From Mytilus edulis (taxonomy: Eukaryota), in contig NC_092354.1 of the NCBI RefSeq assembly GCF_963676685.1, positions 63,364,001 to 63,428,000 of the forward strand: a DNA stretch of 64,000 nt. Reading direction: 5' to 3'. Under the pieces are notes generated by a model that was given only the letters and a program-made list of their open reading frames with translations, searched no databases and had not been told where the DNA came from. The position numbers and the translations under genes were made by a program. Shown piece after piece: positions 12,739 through 27,500 of this stretch (positions within the stretch are counted from its first letter, which is position 1; each line of letters begins with the position of its first letter).

Positions 12739-15700
12739 AATATGCTAGCGATATCGAGTATTTTATACGGACCAGCATCTTCACAAAACAGTCTTAGAGA
12801 CAAATGGAGTTCTTTAATTTCATGCTCAGATATATTGTGATGTCCAACCACTGGGTTGATGCTACTTCTAGTGGAGATTTTTTTCCGCGAGGGTATCACT
12901 AGCCCACTTCTGTGTTGACCTGATGTATCAATGATATGTTCATGATAATAAATTAACTGTTAATACATTTTAAGTGTTTGAAAAACTAAGTCTTTTCTTT
13001 TAATAGATTTTCTTATCTATATTTGGCAAAACTTTTAGGAATTTTTGGTCCCCAATGCTCTTCAATTTTATACTTTATTTAGCCTTTTGAAACATTTGTT
13101 GATTCGAGCGTCACTGATGAACCTTTTGTAGACGAATTGCGCGTCTGGCGTAAATATAAAATGTTAATCGTGGTATCTATGATGGATTATCTGTCCAACA
13201 ATTTCGCATATGTAAACAACTCCTTCCATCAAATATTTTCCGAGTTAACTTTATTAACCTAATTAAAGGCTTATTGAAGGACACTACTGATAATAGGCCA
13301 GTGTGTTTCATGTCTTGATAATTGAAATTAAAAGAGAACGACGACTTCCACTGAATTAAAAAAAATGTTACGAATACCTATTTCAAATTTTATCCATTAT
13401 TAGTAACATATCTTGACCACAATCGCATATAATTTGTATTTGTTTAATTTGGTATTTTGCGCATGTGCATGTAACGAACTGCATGAACTATATTAACTAT
13501 GGGCGGCAAAAATAAATGAAGAAATTGTGATGATCAATATTAAGCAAACAAAATGAAATAACATGTACAGCAATTCCTCGAAAACGAATTTATGCTGAGG
13601 TGTGTCTTACCATGTTTGGAAAATGTCATCGTCAAAATAGTTATAAAAAACATTGAGCTTTTATATGATTAAAAACCTATACAGAAAACAATCTGAACAT
13701 ATACCAGGCTTGAAATTTTAAACGTCAGGCGCGCCTTTAATTAAAATCTGGAGTTACTTTTGTTTTCCGTTTTTTTCTCACAACCATATAAGACAAGATG
13801 TCATAATAAAATAAGGCACTATCTCCAGAAAAGCGAGTGGATGTACACATTTGCGGTATTCTGAGTCATTGTATTTAAGTCAGTGCCAGAAGAAATGTTG
13901 CATGATTTAAAGGCAAGTCTTCTTTCTAAATAAATTTCCAACCAAAGGGATGTCATTGACAAGACCAATAATTTCTTGACTATAAACTTATGGCAACACC
14001 ACTTGGTATACCACTCTCCATTTCTTTTCTCGGATAGTACCAAGGGGCCTCCATCTCATCGTTATAATGCCGGCTCAATGGGTATAACATTCGGCCACTT
14101 TGTCTGCTTTCTCCTGTTGTTTAGTCCTCTTGCGGAGCTGAGGAACATCAGATTCTTTATTTTCCTCTTCCACAATCTTTCTCACGGCTAATGAATGGTT
14201 ATTACACTGTAACGTCTTGCCATTACATAACTACATGCTTTTTAGTGCAAGGTGGTTTTATTTCTGTCGACATGAAAGTTTCAGAAAGGTTCTTCTCTAC
14301 AGTCCATTACGTTCAAATACTTAATCCCTGGAATGTGTTATTTGCGATTTTATTCTCGGCTGCATGAATTTTTTTTATTAATTGTTTTTGGCTTTTAACT
14401 AGTAACAGCGAGTACTCTGAACTCGTACTTTCAGGGTTATTTGACCTTTGTAAAGCTTTTTTTTATTATTTAATGTTTAATTATTTAATATTGTATCTTG
14501 CTGTCTATTTTTAATAAGGGGACTTGGCTTAGAGTTTATCGCCGTTAAAGGGATTTCAAATTAATTCTGGTACTAGTCTGCGGTATTCATTTTAGATCCA
14601 GATTCAATAATTTTGGGGATTCGGGTTTGGGTTTTTTTTTTCTTTTTTTTGGGGGGGGGGGAGGGGGTCTGATCCTGAAAACTCGAATATAAAGACATGA
14701 AATTACTTAGTTGCCGAAACGATTAAATGCATAGGCGGACAGGACTGTTCGCTTGCGATGCCCCAGTACTTGTCATTCTATTTATAGTTTTTTGCTTGTT
14801 CAAGAGAGGCTATTTTCAATACCCAATCTCTTAACCTCTGTTGTCATCACAAACAACACCAGTAAGATTACAAAAAAGTATTCCTTCCTCACCAGAGATC
14901 CATGATGATTACTGTTATTAGGTCAAACATGGACATATGTGTGAAAAGACTCTCAGATTGACTTAATCTGAATCTAACCGCATCATTGGTTCTTTAAACC
15001 AGATTATACATACATTACACCCCGAATGTGGCGAAAGTAGATGAGGGAATGCTTATACACATACAATTAAAATAGGTCTGATAATTGCTATGCAATAAGG
15101 GTGCATATAAACACTGATCATATACTTGAAAGGAAACCATTATCTACTTTGGTCTCATATGACTTCTGTTCATTTTCAATATTTAAAAACTACAAGAAAA
15201 CATGTAAATTAGTGCTGGTCAGTGGAAGAGAGGCAAACTATACCAAAGTGACATTCAAACTCACTAGCAAAAAGCGTAAAAAGACCAATAGACGAATAAC
15301 CAATACACAAAACACAACATAGAAAACTTTCCCAACGTTCAAATACGCTGTCAATCATCAAAAGAAAGCATTTTGATTGATAAGGTCAGTTTCAGAGAAA
15401 TTTTTGATTGAATCATAGTAATTTTGTACAAATTAGGATTCATCCCTCTTTAAGACAAGATACTTGTATAAACGTTGAGCATCGTTTTCTTTTTTATCAA
15501 ACAAAACAGAAACAGCTTTTTCAATTGATCATTTAGTTTAGAATGGGGAATACTTTTGTAAAGTGTAGTAAAAATTACATGACCTCTTCAACAGACCGTG
15601 CGATATGGAGAAATTTAATGTTTCTGTTTAATTGGCGTTCGTTCTCTCTTTTGTTGATTTAAATATTTCTTATAACTAATTATTCTGTTTTTAAAATACC

Positions 15701-16253
15701 AAACAGAAAATTATAAGAGACATACGACCATACATGTGTTGTCGTAAAGTTGCCGTCCCATATACCACCTCTTTTGTATATGCATCGGCAGAAAAGTCCA
15801 GTAGACAAACGCACACTGTAAGCAATGTGATTTTCGAAAAAAGTAAGCTTACCGTAGCAGTTAATATGTCATTTCTTTCAGTTTTTTTGGATCATTGTAA
15901 GATAATGGCAGATTTTGAAAAGTTTCTGTAAACTTTTTGAACGTCAACTTGTTTTAAATTCGGGATGATTTACAGTTTGGTGTAGTGTATATACATGTAT
16001 ATTGTTGAAGACGGTATAAAAACCTCTAAATGTTCGCTTGTCCATTTGAATTGTCAGGTACTTTCTTATTGGTATATTTACCACACTCCAATATTCAATA
16101 AATTCATGTTAGAGCATTAAACAAGATAATCACATGCGAACAAAATTTTATTGATATGTTTTTGTGACTTCAAAACAAATAAATCAGAAGAATTATTTGA
16201 ATATTTTGTCACATGTTCATTTGTCATTAGTTCGAAACTCAGTCAGTTATATC

Positions 16254-18163
16254 TTAGCGTTTTCCACCATGTCCGCCATTTCCACCATTCCAGCGACCAC
16301 CTTTTCCTCCACGACCTCCGTATCGACCGTTTCCTCCATTACCACCGTCCCAAGTACCACCATTTCCACCTCTCCCGTAATTCAAACTGTCTCCTCCATT
16401 CCCTCCGTTCCAAGTACCACCATTTCCACCAGTATGTCCGTTTCCTCCATTCCCGCCATTCCAAGTACCACCGTTTCCACCATTTCCAAATCTGGGCTTC
16501 CAAGGCTTTGGTGGTCCTTGAAAATGAAACACGTCATAATTAAAGTGTTGGGTCAAAAGTAATCACTTCTTGTGAAATCAAAATTATTAAAACCTGTTTT
16601 ACGAAACCGCTTAAAAGAGAGCAAAAATGTGGTCTCTAAAGACAGGTGGACTTAAAACAGATTCAATTTATTTCAAATGTACTCAAGAGGGATCTAAAAT
16701 TAATAATGTTACAACACAGGTTTTTGCTTTATACAGGTGGTCTCTCAGGCATGTTTGACTGTTATCACAATACATATGCTAACGGTATCAAGTATGTATA
16801 TGAAGCAGCATTTCAACAAAACTTTCTCAAAGACGAAAGGAAATATTCAATTTTAGTTCAGATGTAGTGATCAAGTCCTAAAACAGCATTTGAAGCAGTT
16901 CTTCAATCAATTCTTTACTGACATTAAGACAAACCTGACTAATTCAGTTTAATATTTTAACTTTTCATCTTATAGTAGGAACACATCTGAGTCTCAATCG
17001 TGTGACATATTTATCAATCGGCAATCCTCAGGAGACTCCGCTACTCTCCTTCTATGAGGTTCGGAATCGGCCGAGTGGTGACGAATGACACATTTATGTC
17101 TCAATTCATTCCTCGCGAATGTCCATGTTTAACAATACAAACTATAATATTTTCATAATCGTATTGGAAAACAGTTTGCATAATTCAGAGATGTTTTGTC
17201 AACACTGATCGTTTATAGCCACAAAAAAGCTTTTTTAAATAGATAACTTGGACAGTTTTTACGTTTGGTTGTAATACGTAGTACGGTTAACCACAAGAAA
17301 TACTAATTAAGCTGAAAAAGCGACATTATGACGATGTCAGCATACGCATCGTGCCGTCGTCAAGATTAAATTCAAACATTGATGTATCTTAGTAATACAA
17401 AAAAAAAAAACAAACCAAACGGCCTCTCCACCTAATTAAACTGCGTAAAAAAATCCTGTGTACATAGTTGGTTTTTAACTAAAATCATACAAGTGCACTT
17501 GGTGATTAATTATCTGTTCTTTTACATACGAATAAAAGATAAAAAAAAATAACCACAACAACAAACAATAAGACACAAAACAATATCCGATCAGAATTAC
17601 AAATACAACTTCTTAACTAAATATTCGAATTCACACTTAGTAAAACAGTCATATTAAGGAATAGGTCACGTTCGGTACCTAAAAGACAGGGCGACATAAA
17701 CGGTAAACCACAATCTAAGACGTCGAAAACATGTCCTTAGTAAGGACTAGCTTACACACACATATAATGTCATATTAATTACCAGTCTTTTATAAAACGT
17801 GAACTAAAACTTGTGTATGTTATACTTTATGTATTTTAAAACTTTTAATACTTCGGAATAAAAAGTACGCTTATTTAGCAACTGAATAAGAATAAAAAAT
17901 AAAAAACTGCGTTTAAAATAAAACATTTGAAGAAATAAATACTGATGGCAATGTATTAATTAAATTTATTTGCCATTTACCAGATCTGTTCAAGTAATAC
18001 TTTTAAATAAAAACTCCAGAGTATAATGATATAGAGAAATAAGATTTATGAAATCATGTGAAAAACATGAATGATAATTGATATACATTTATTACTTACT
18101 TCTAACCCAAGTTCCAGAAACTGCTACAACCAGACAAACGACTAAGATGATAGTAATCTTCAT
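16254..18163 (-). CDS. Secreted Gly/Asn/Trp-rich protein A2, 108 aa; exons 18100-18163 and 16254-16516
   Basis: MKITIILVVCLVVAVSGTWVR A|gtaagt ... ttttcaag|GA, giving RPPKPWKPRFGNGGNGGTWNGG...GGRWNGGNGGHGGKR*. TATATAA at 18203-18209; AATAAA at 16147-16152. Confidence 0.9.
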
Positions 18164-18752
18164 TTTCCTCGTAAGTTCTACTTTGTGAGAGGAGTACAGA
18201 TGTTATATAGTCTTGATGAGGACATACAAACACGGATATAAGTAAGGCAACGGGATGCATATTAATTGATATGAAAAGTGTATGTCCGTCATGGGCAGAT
18301 ATCCGATACTTGAGCATAATGATTGTTTTGTAGGTTGTAAAATAAGACAAAATGATCGCTGAATAGGTACAACTTTCTATTATATTTTCTTACGTATAAG
18401 GAAAAAGTAAAGTAAACAGAAAGGAAATTCATATTTTCAATTGTTCAGAGTGTCTTATAGTTTTCTTATACTTGACAACATATACAGGAAACAAACTCAA
18501 CATAGCTACCAGGCTTTAAATTTGAAACGTTATAATTGCCTTTTGTAATAGAAAAAAAAAACAGTCATCATCTTTTTCTCACTTTTCTCACAACCATTTC
18601 AGACAAGATGTCATCATCAAATAAGGCATTATTAAAAATGAAACAAGATATTGCCAAATAATTAATAACGTTTAGTTATTTTTGTTTATAAATGTATGTG
18701 GTTAATACGACATTGCATATTGTGTAAACGATATGTACATTTTTGTAAGCAT

Positions 18753-18993
18753 AAAATTGAGAATGGAAATGGAGAATGTGTCAAAGAGACAACAACCCGA
18801 CCATAAGGCAGACAACAGCAGAAGGTCACCAACAGGTCTTCAATGCAACGAGAAATTCTCGCACCCGGAGGCGTCCTTCAGCTGGCCCCTTAACAAATAT
18901 ATACTAGTTCAGTGATAATGAACACCCTATTAAACTCCAAATTGTACACAAGAAACTAAAAGTTAAAAAAAATACAAGACTAACAAAGGCCAG
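18753..18993. mobile_element. Short interspersed element insertion (copies at 21301-21543 inverted and 48005-48215)
   Basis: aaattgagaatggaaatg...gagacaacaacccgacc...cagctggcccct. It is absent at the paralogous site near 6825. Confidence 0.75.
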
Positions 18994-21900
18994 AGTATTT
19001 ATTATGCTTAAGTAATAAAATTGTTTGTCATTTTAATAAACATTTTTAAAGGTAAGTACTTAGATGAAATTCATATGAAACTTAAATTTAGAAAAAAAAA
19101 ATAGACAGACCGATAAAATGATGGACAGCTTCATTTTCCGTTAAATTTCTAAACTTTGAATCGATTTTTTGCAACTGTCCACCAAAGTTCAAATGAAGTA
19201 GATGTTTGCAATTATGAGCATCTATACGGCCTTCTACAATGAGAAACAATCAATACCTTATAGTCATAAGAAATATTAGCAAAGATGGTCTTTATAAAAA
19301 TAACTATTTAACTTGAAGTACCTATATACATAATATATGTTATCTGACTTAGGCCGTGTTCACATTGACCTAAGCTCGGTATTGAGTAAGTGTAATGCAC
19401 ACGTTAACTTTAAACATTTATGTTTTCATCGATTAAACTCAATGTCTACATGTAGTTAAAATTATGTTTTGTCTACATGTAGTCATTAGTCTATGTAGGG
19501 CTTTTGTGGGTTAAGTGTTCACAAAATAAGGTATTTAGAACATGAATTTTATCATGTATATTTAAAGAAAAAACATTTTTGGATGACATTTATATTTATA
19601 TCAATAATTCATAAAGTTGTTTACAGAGTTATTAGTCTATACTTGATATATTGCTTTGTTATATAAAGAAAACCAACTATAGGTAGCTATAGTTAAATTA
19701 TTAACCCCTTTTCATGACCTAATCATCGTCATTGGCAAACACATAATTCATTTGAAAATGAAACAACTGGACGTACAAAGAAATATTTGCCACTGGTCTT
19801 TACTCAATAACAAATACCTCATAAATACATTACTAAAAAGAGTGCGGTAAATTGTTTAGTTAAATGTGTATCTCAGTGACGGTAAAATGCACTTAGAAAC
19901 AAAAAAAAAGTATTATTGTGCAATGAACGAATTGTTATTTTAAATCCAAATTCGTAGTTGTCTGATAATATCTGCATGATATTATTTATTCATTGCTCTT
20001 AGTTTTTTTTTGGTAATTGTGCAACACGTCGACTGCCTAATAGCAAACATGTTTGAAATTTGTGACCACTGCTTTGTCGTTTCTCAAAATGACTCCATAA
20101 AGGAGCAACTATCTTCAAAAAAGGGGGGGATGTTTTTTCTGAGTTTTTTATGAACGCTTTTATGAGTTTTTTCAACGCTACCAATTAAATTATTTTTTCA
20201 ATATTTGACATGGTAAGGTATAAGAGAACATAATCCTCAGATTTGTTTTGTGTCCTCTGCTTGACCAGAATATATTTTTTTTATCAACATGGAATCAGAA
20301 TATTTTTTTTAGGGAAAAACGACCCCCCCCCCCCCCCCGCCCTTGTTTTTTAATCAAATGGTCGTTTCCTAACTTCTAGAATAGCTGTTCAAGAAATTTG
20401 AATTCGATTTTATGTAATTAAATTTAAATGACATATTGTGAACAAGTGTGAACAAATCTGATGTACAGGTTTTTAAATGTTCTTCAACTTTGTACTTGTT
20501 TGACCTGATAACTATTTTGATCTCAGCGTCACCGATGAGTCTTATGTAGACGAACGCGCGTCTTGCGTATCAAATTATAATCCTGGTACCCTTGATAACT
20601 ATAATAGTCCTGTAAAACTATTAATACTCAAATTACTGTCTACATTATAGTTCAATTTGGGTCCTATTTGCAATCTGCGTTAAAATTCATGGCAATGTCA
20701 TTCAAAACCATATTTATTGATCGGAATTTAAAACAAATTCTACCTTAAAGCTAAATATTAAATAGCAAGATACACACACTTTTCGTACAGTGTAGGGTAA
20801 AATAGAAGTTAATTTTCCCATTGGCTGTTACTTGTGAGAGAGCAATATATCTTTTGTAGTTTGAGTGGAGTTGAAATTATACGGATATTGATAAAAATAA
20901 TGAAATGCGTTTAAATTGGTTTGAGTATTTATCGACATGTGTAGATTTCCGATACTTGAGCGATGTTACAATGGTTGTTTGGTGTACACAATGACGGAAA
21001 GTGTAGCTGATTTGATACTAGCTTTAGTTTTCTTTTGAACAGGAAAAAGGAAAAATTTGAATCTTAATACATACAATTTTATATACAGACAATATAAAAG
21101 AATTCAAATTTGGTGTTTTCAGGATACTTTCTTATTGGTATATGCATTCAAATTTTCAATAAGACATGTTGAAGCATTGACAAATTAAATTAAAACACAA
21201 GTTAACATATTTCAATTTTTTCTTTTTTGTGACTTTTAAAAAAAATAGTCAATATATTTTAGCGTTCTCCACCAATTTTATTACTTAAGCATAATAAATA
21301 CTCTGGCCTTTGTTAGTCTTGTATTTTTTTAACTTTTAGTTTCTTGTGTACAATTTGGAGTTTAGTAGGGTGTTCATTATCACTGAACTAGTATATATTT
21401 GTTAAGGGGCCAGCTGAAGGACGCCTCCGGGTGCGAGAATTTCTCGTTGCATTGAAGACCTGTTGGTGACCTTCTGCTGTTGTCTGCTCTTTGGTCGGGT
21501 TATTGTCTCTTTGACACATTCCCCATATCCATTCTCAATTTTATGCTTACAAAAATGTACATATTGTTTACACAATATGCAATGTCGTATTAACCACATA
21601 CATTTATAAAAAAAAAATAACATACTAAACGTTATTAATTATTTGGCAATATCTTGTTTCATTTTTAATAATGCCTTATTTGATGATGACATCTTGTCTG
21701 AAATGGTTGTGAGAAAAGTGAGAAAAAGATGATGACTGGTTTTTTTTTCTATTACAAAAGGCAATTATAACGTTTCAAATTTAAAGCCTGGTAGCTATGT
21801 TGAGTTTGTTTCCTGTATATGTTGTCAAGTATAAGAAAACTATAAGACACTCTGAACAATTGAAAATATGAATTTCCTTTCTGTTTATTTGACTTTTTCC

Positions 21901-22136
21901 TTATACGTAAAAAATTATAATAGAAGGTTGTACCTATTTAGCGATCATTTTGTCTTATTGTACAACCTACAAAATAATCATTGTGCTCAAGTATCGGATA
22001 TCTGCCCATGACGGACATACACGTTTCATATTAATTAAGATGCATCCCGTTGCCTTACTTATATCCGTGTTTGTATGTCCTCATCAAGACTATATAACAT
22101 CTGTACTCCTCTCACAAAGTAGAACTTACGAGGAAA

Positions 22137-24517
22137 ATGAAGCTCACTATCATCTTAGTCGTTTGTCTGGTTCTCGCAGTTTCTGGAACTTGGGTTAGGA
22201 GTAAGTAAATGTATATCACTTATGGTTCACATAATTTCAAAAATCTTATTTCTTTACATCATTATACTGTGAATTTTTTTTTAAAGTATTATTTGAACAG
22301 ATCTGGTAAATGGTAAATAAATCTAATTAATACATTTCCATCAGTATTTATTTCTTCAAATGTTTTATTTTAAACGCAGTTTTTCTTATTTTCTATTCTT
22401 ATTCAGTTGCTAAATAAGCGTACTTTTTTTTCCGATGTATTAAAAGTTTTAAAATACAAAAAGTATAACATACACAAGTTTTAGTTCACGTTTTATAAAA
22501 GACTGGTAATCAATATGACAATATATGTGTGTGTAAGCTAGTCCTAACTAAGGACATGTATTCCACGTCTAAGATTGTGGTTTATCGTTTACTTGTCCTG
22601 TCTTTTAGGTACCGAACGTGACCTATTCCTTAATATGACTGTTTTACTAAGTGTGAATTCGAATATTTAGTTAAGAAGTTGTATTTGTTATTGTGATCGG
22701 ATATTGTGTTGTGTCTTATTGTTTTTGGTTTTTGGTTTTTTATCTTTTATTCGTATGTAAAAGAAGAGATAGTTAGTCACCCAGTGCACTCGTATGATTT
22801 TAGTTTAAACCAACTATGCGCACAGGATTTTTTTTTACACAGTTTGATTAGGTAGAAAGGCCTACATAGTTAGTTGAACAATTACTATAACAATTATATA
22901 TTAATATTCTTGTAATTGTTGTAAATTACATTAAATACCACAATTGAAACCTTATATGATTTTTTTTTAATTTTTTTCTGTGACGTTACTTTTTGTTGTG
23001 TTATTACATTCGTGTGACAAACACACAGTTCGTCATTCTATAAAGCTGTTTTTTGTACTGTCCTTAATCAATTTTAATTTTTCGTTATTACTCTGTGATT
23101 GACATGTCGTAATGTACTATTATATTATCTATTTAAATATTTCTCTGTCATATTGTTTTCCCGTCATGTACATTTACTTTTGTCATTTTAGCGTTATATT
23201 TAAGAGTACCCTAAATAGCCAGATTCAAACCAGGTGCAGCCCATCTTCTTTTCTTAAAATCTCCTGTGACAAGTCATGAATAATAACTTATAATTTGTGT
23301 CTATGTATGTTGCATTGTCGTTTGTTGATTTCCTCTTATAATTGATGTGTTTTGGTTTTCTTTTTTTGTATTACTAAGATACATCAATATTTGAATTCAA
23401 CTTTGACAACGGCACGATGCTTATGCTGACATTGTCATAATGTAGCTTTTTCAGCTTAATTGGTTTTTCTTGTGATTAACCGTACTACGTATTACAACCA
23501 AACGTAAAAATGTCCAAATTATCTATATATAAAAGCTTTTTTGTGGCTATAAACGATCAGTGTTGACAAAACATCTCTGAATCATACAAACTGTTTTCCA
23601 ACACGATTATGAAAATAATATACTTTGTATTGTTAAACATGGACATGCGCGAGGCATGAATTGAGACATAAATGTGTCATTCGTCACCACTCGGCCGATT
23701 CCGAACCTCATAGAAGGAGAGTAGCGGAGTCTCCCGAGGATTGCCGAATAATAAATGTGTCACACGATTGAGACTAAGAGGTGTTCCTACAATGAAAAGT
23801 TAGAATATTAAAATGAATTCGTCAGGTTTGTCATAGATACAATTTGAAGTCGTTTTCCTGTGGTGATTTAAAAAAAAGATTTAAACCTATTAACATTAGC
23901 ATCCTTAATGTCAGTAAAGATTTGATAGAAGAACTCCTTGAAATGCTGTTTTTAGGACTTCACCACTATAACTGAACGTAAATCAAATAATCTCTTTTGT
24001 CTTTGAGAAGGTTATGTAGGATTGCTGCTTCATTTGAATACTCAATACTGTTAGCATATTTATTGTAATAACAGTCAAACATGCTTAAGAGATCACCTGT
24101 ATAAAGCAAAAACCTGTGTTGTAAGACCATTAATTTTAGATCCCTCTTGAGTACATTTCAAATAAATTGACTCTGTTTTTAAAGTCCACCTGTCTTAAGA
24201 CACCACTTTTTTGCTCTCTCTGTAGTGGTTTCTTAAAACAGGTTTTTTTATTTTGATATCTCCAGAAGTGATTTCTTTTGACCCAACACTTTAATATTGA
24301 CGTGTTTCATTTTCAAGGACCAAAGCCTAGATTCGGAAATGGCGGAAACGGTGGTACTTGGAATGGAGGCAATGGAGGAGACAGTTTGTATAATGGGAGA
24401 GGAGGACATGGTGGTACTTGGAATGGTGGGAATGGAGGAAGCGGTCTGTATGGAGGTAGTGGAGGAAACGGTGGTCGCTGGAATGGTGGGAATGGCGGAC
24501 ATGGAGGAAAACGCTAA
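22137..24517 (+). CDS. Secreted Gly/Asn/Trp-rich protein A3, 87 aa; exons 22137-22200 and 24318-24517
   Basis: TATATAA at 22091-22097. MKLTIILVVCLVLAVSGTWVR A|gtaagt ... ttttcaag|GA, giving RPKPRFGNGGNGGTWNGGNGGDSLYNGRGGHGGTWNGGNGGSGLYGGSGGNGGRWNGGNGGHGGKR*. AATAAA at 24619-24624. Confidence 0.9.
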
Positions 24518-27500
24518 AATATTAGTGACTGAGTTTCGAACTAATGAGAACCGAACATCTGACAAATTATTCAAATATTCCTTCCGATTTATTTGTTTTT
24601 AAATCACAAAAATATATCAATAAATGTGCATTCGCATGTGATTATCCTAATGTAATGCTTTTAATAAACTCATCATAGAAACTTACATGATTTTATTGAA
24701 TATTGGAGTGTGGTAAATTTACCAATAAGAAAGTAGCTGACAACACAAATAAACAAGCGAACATTTAGAGGTTTATATACCGTCTTCAAGAATATACATT
24801 TATATACACTACACCAAACTGTAAATCCCGAATTTGAAATACATTTGTACGTTCACGTCCAAAAAAGTTTATAGAAACTTTTCAAAATCTGCAATTATCT
24901 TAAAATGAACCACTAAAAACTGAAAAAAATGACATATTAACTTGCTAAGGTAAGCTTGCTTTTTTCGAAAATCATATTGGTTACAGTCTGCGTTTGTCTA
25001 CTGGACTTTTCTGTAGATGCATATACAAAAGATGTGGTATATGAGACGGCGCCTTTACGACAACACATGTATGGTCGTATGTCTCTTATAACTTTCTGTT
25101 TGATATTTTCAAAACAGAATAATTAGTTATAACAAATATTAAAATCTACAAAAGAGGGAACGCCAATTAAACGGTTACATTAAATTTCTTCATATCGCAC
25201 TGTCTAATCAAGAGGTCATGTAATTTTTCTACACTTTACACAAATACAGTGAAAAAGCTGGTTCTGTTTTGTTTTATAAAAAAAAGCGATGCTCAACGTA
25301 TATACAAGTATCTTGTCTTAAAGAGGGATGAATCCTAATTTGTACAAAATTACAATAATTCAATCAAAAATTTCTCTGAAACTGACCTGATCAAAATGCT
25401 TGCTTTTTTGATTGACAGCGTATTTGAACGTTGGGAAAGTTTTCTACGTTGTGTTTTGTGTACTGGTTATTCGTCTATTTGTCTTTTTACGCTTTTTTCT
25501 AATGAGTTTGAATATCACTTTGGTATATATTGCCTCTCTTCCACTGACCAGCACTAATTTACAAGTTTTCTTGCAGTTTTTAAGTATTGAAAATGAACAG
25601 AAGTCATATGAGACCAAAGTAGATAATGGTTTCCTTTCAAGTAAATGGTAAGTGTTTATATGCACCCTTAATGCATAGAGATTATCAGACCTATTTTAAT
25701 TGTATGTGTGTATGCATTCTCTCAGCTACTTTCGCCACATTCGGCCGGATGTTATGTATGTATAATCTGGTTTAAAGAACCAATGATACGGTTAGATTTA
25801 GATTAAGTCAATCTGAGAGTCTTTTCACACATATGTGCATGTTTGACCTAATAACGGTAATCATCATGGATCTCTGGTTAAAACAGGCTCTTGCAGGAAA
25901 AAATAAAAGCGATACTAAAGGTGAGGAAGGAATACTTTTTTTGTAATCTGACTGGTGTTGTTTGTGATGACAACAGAGGTTAAGAGATTGGGTATTGAAA
26001 ATAACCTCTCTTGAACAAGCAAAAAACTATAAATAGAATGACAAGTACTGGGGCATCGCAAGCGAACAGTCATGTCCGCCTATGCATTTAATCGTTTCAC
26101 CAACTACGTAATTTCATGTCTTTATATTCGAGTTGTCAGGATCAGACACACCCTCCCCCCCCAAAAAAAAAAAGAAGAAAAAAAAACCCAAACCCGAATC
26201 CCCAACATTATTGAATCTGGATCTAAAAATAAATACCGCTGACTAGTACCAGAATTAATTTGAAATCCCGTTAACGGCGATAAACTCCAAACCAAGTCCC
26301 CTTATTAAAAATAGACAGCAAGATACAACATTAAATAATTAAACATTAAATAACAAAAAAAGCTTTACAAAGTGTATCAACAGCTCCAATTACCCTGAAA
26401 GTACGAGTTCAGAGTACTCGCTGTTACTAAAACTAGTTAAAAGCCGAAAACAATTAATAAAAAAAATCATGCATCTGAGAATAAAATCACCTATCACACA
26501 TCCCACGGATTTAGTATTTGAACGTAATGGACTGTAGAGAAGAACCTTTCTGAAACTTTCATGTCGACAGAAATAAAACCTTCTAGCACTGAAAAGCATG
26601 TAGTTATGTAATGGCCAGACGTACTCATTAGCCATGAAAAAGATTGTGGAAGAGGAAAATTACAATGAATAAAGAACCTTTACAAAAGACCAAGACTGGC
26701 AATGGGTATTTATTGACGAGCATGTGTACATCCACTCGCTTTTTCCGGAGATAGTGCCTTATTTTATTATGACATCTTGTCTTATGTGGTTGTGAGAAAA
26801 AAATTGGAAAAAAGTAACTGGAAATTTTAGTTAAAGGCGCGCCAGACGTTTAAAATTTCAAGCCTGGTATATGATAGTGTTTGATTTTGTAATTGTTTTT
26901 GATTTTCTCTTTTTGAATTTAACGTTCAATGCTTTTGTTTAACTACTTTTACGATGACATTTCCAAACAGGGTAAGACACACCTCAGCATAATTTCGTTT
27001 TCGAGGAATACAAATTTGTCGGTCACTTATAGCTTAGCAGCATTTGTATTCAACATATAAAAACAAAATCAATATTTACACTTGCTGTACATGTTATTTC
27101 ATTTTGTTTGCTTAATATTGATCATCACAAATTCTTCATTTATTTTTGCCCCCCCCAGCCGTAATGGACGTTGCATTAAGTTTTACCTTTGTCCGTCTGT
27201 GTGTACGAACGTTCCAAAACTGGTTTCCGTTCTCTATCTTAATTTTGCCTCAACCAAATGTTATGCAACTTCAAAGTATTTAAAAAATTGTGAATGCTTT
27301 TTTTATGGCTATTACATAGCGTTGTTGTAAAAGCCTCTAGAAATTTTGAAAAAGCTTTCCGAGTAACATAATGTAAATTATATAGTTCATACAGTTCGTC
27401 ACATGTACATGCGCAAAATACCAAATTATACTAATACAAATTACATGCGATTGTGGCCAAGATATGTTACTAATAATGGATAAAATTTGAAATAAGTATT

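Larger units (their letters stand above)
3450..21274. repeat. Tandem segmental duplication, period about 12.4 kb (about 3450-10480 repeated, with indels, at about 15810-21274); an older copy at 1-3000
   Basis: The A1 and A2 exon-2 stops are 12356 bp apart. Introns, upstream regions and relics are collinear. Positions 1-2900 align to 5830-8990. Confidence 0.85.

Noticed and set aside
13600-13640. Donor-like gtaaga as exon 1 of gene C (paralogue at about 26950-26977)
   Set aside because: There is no signal-peptide ORF, and the two copies differ by a frameshifting indel.
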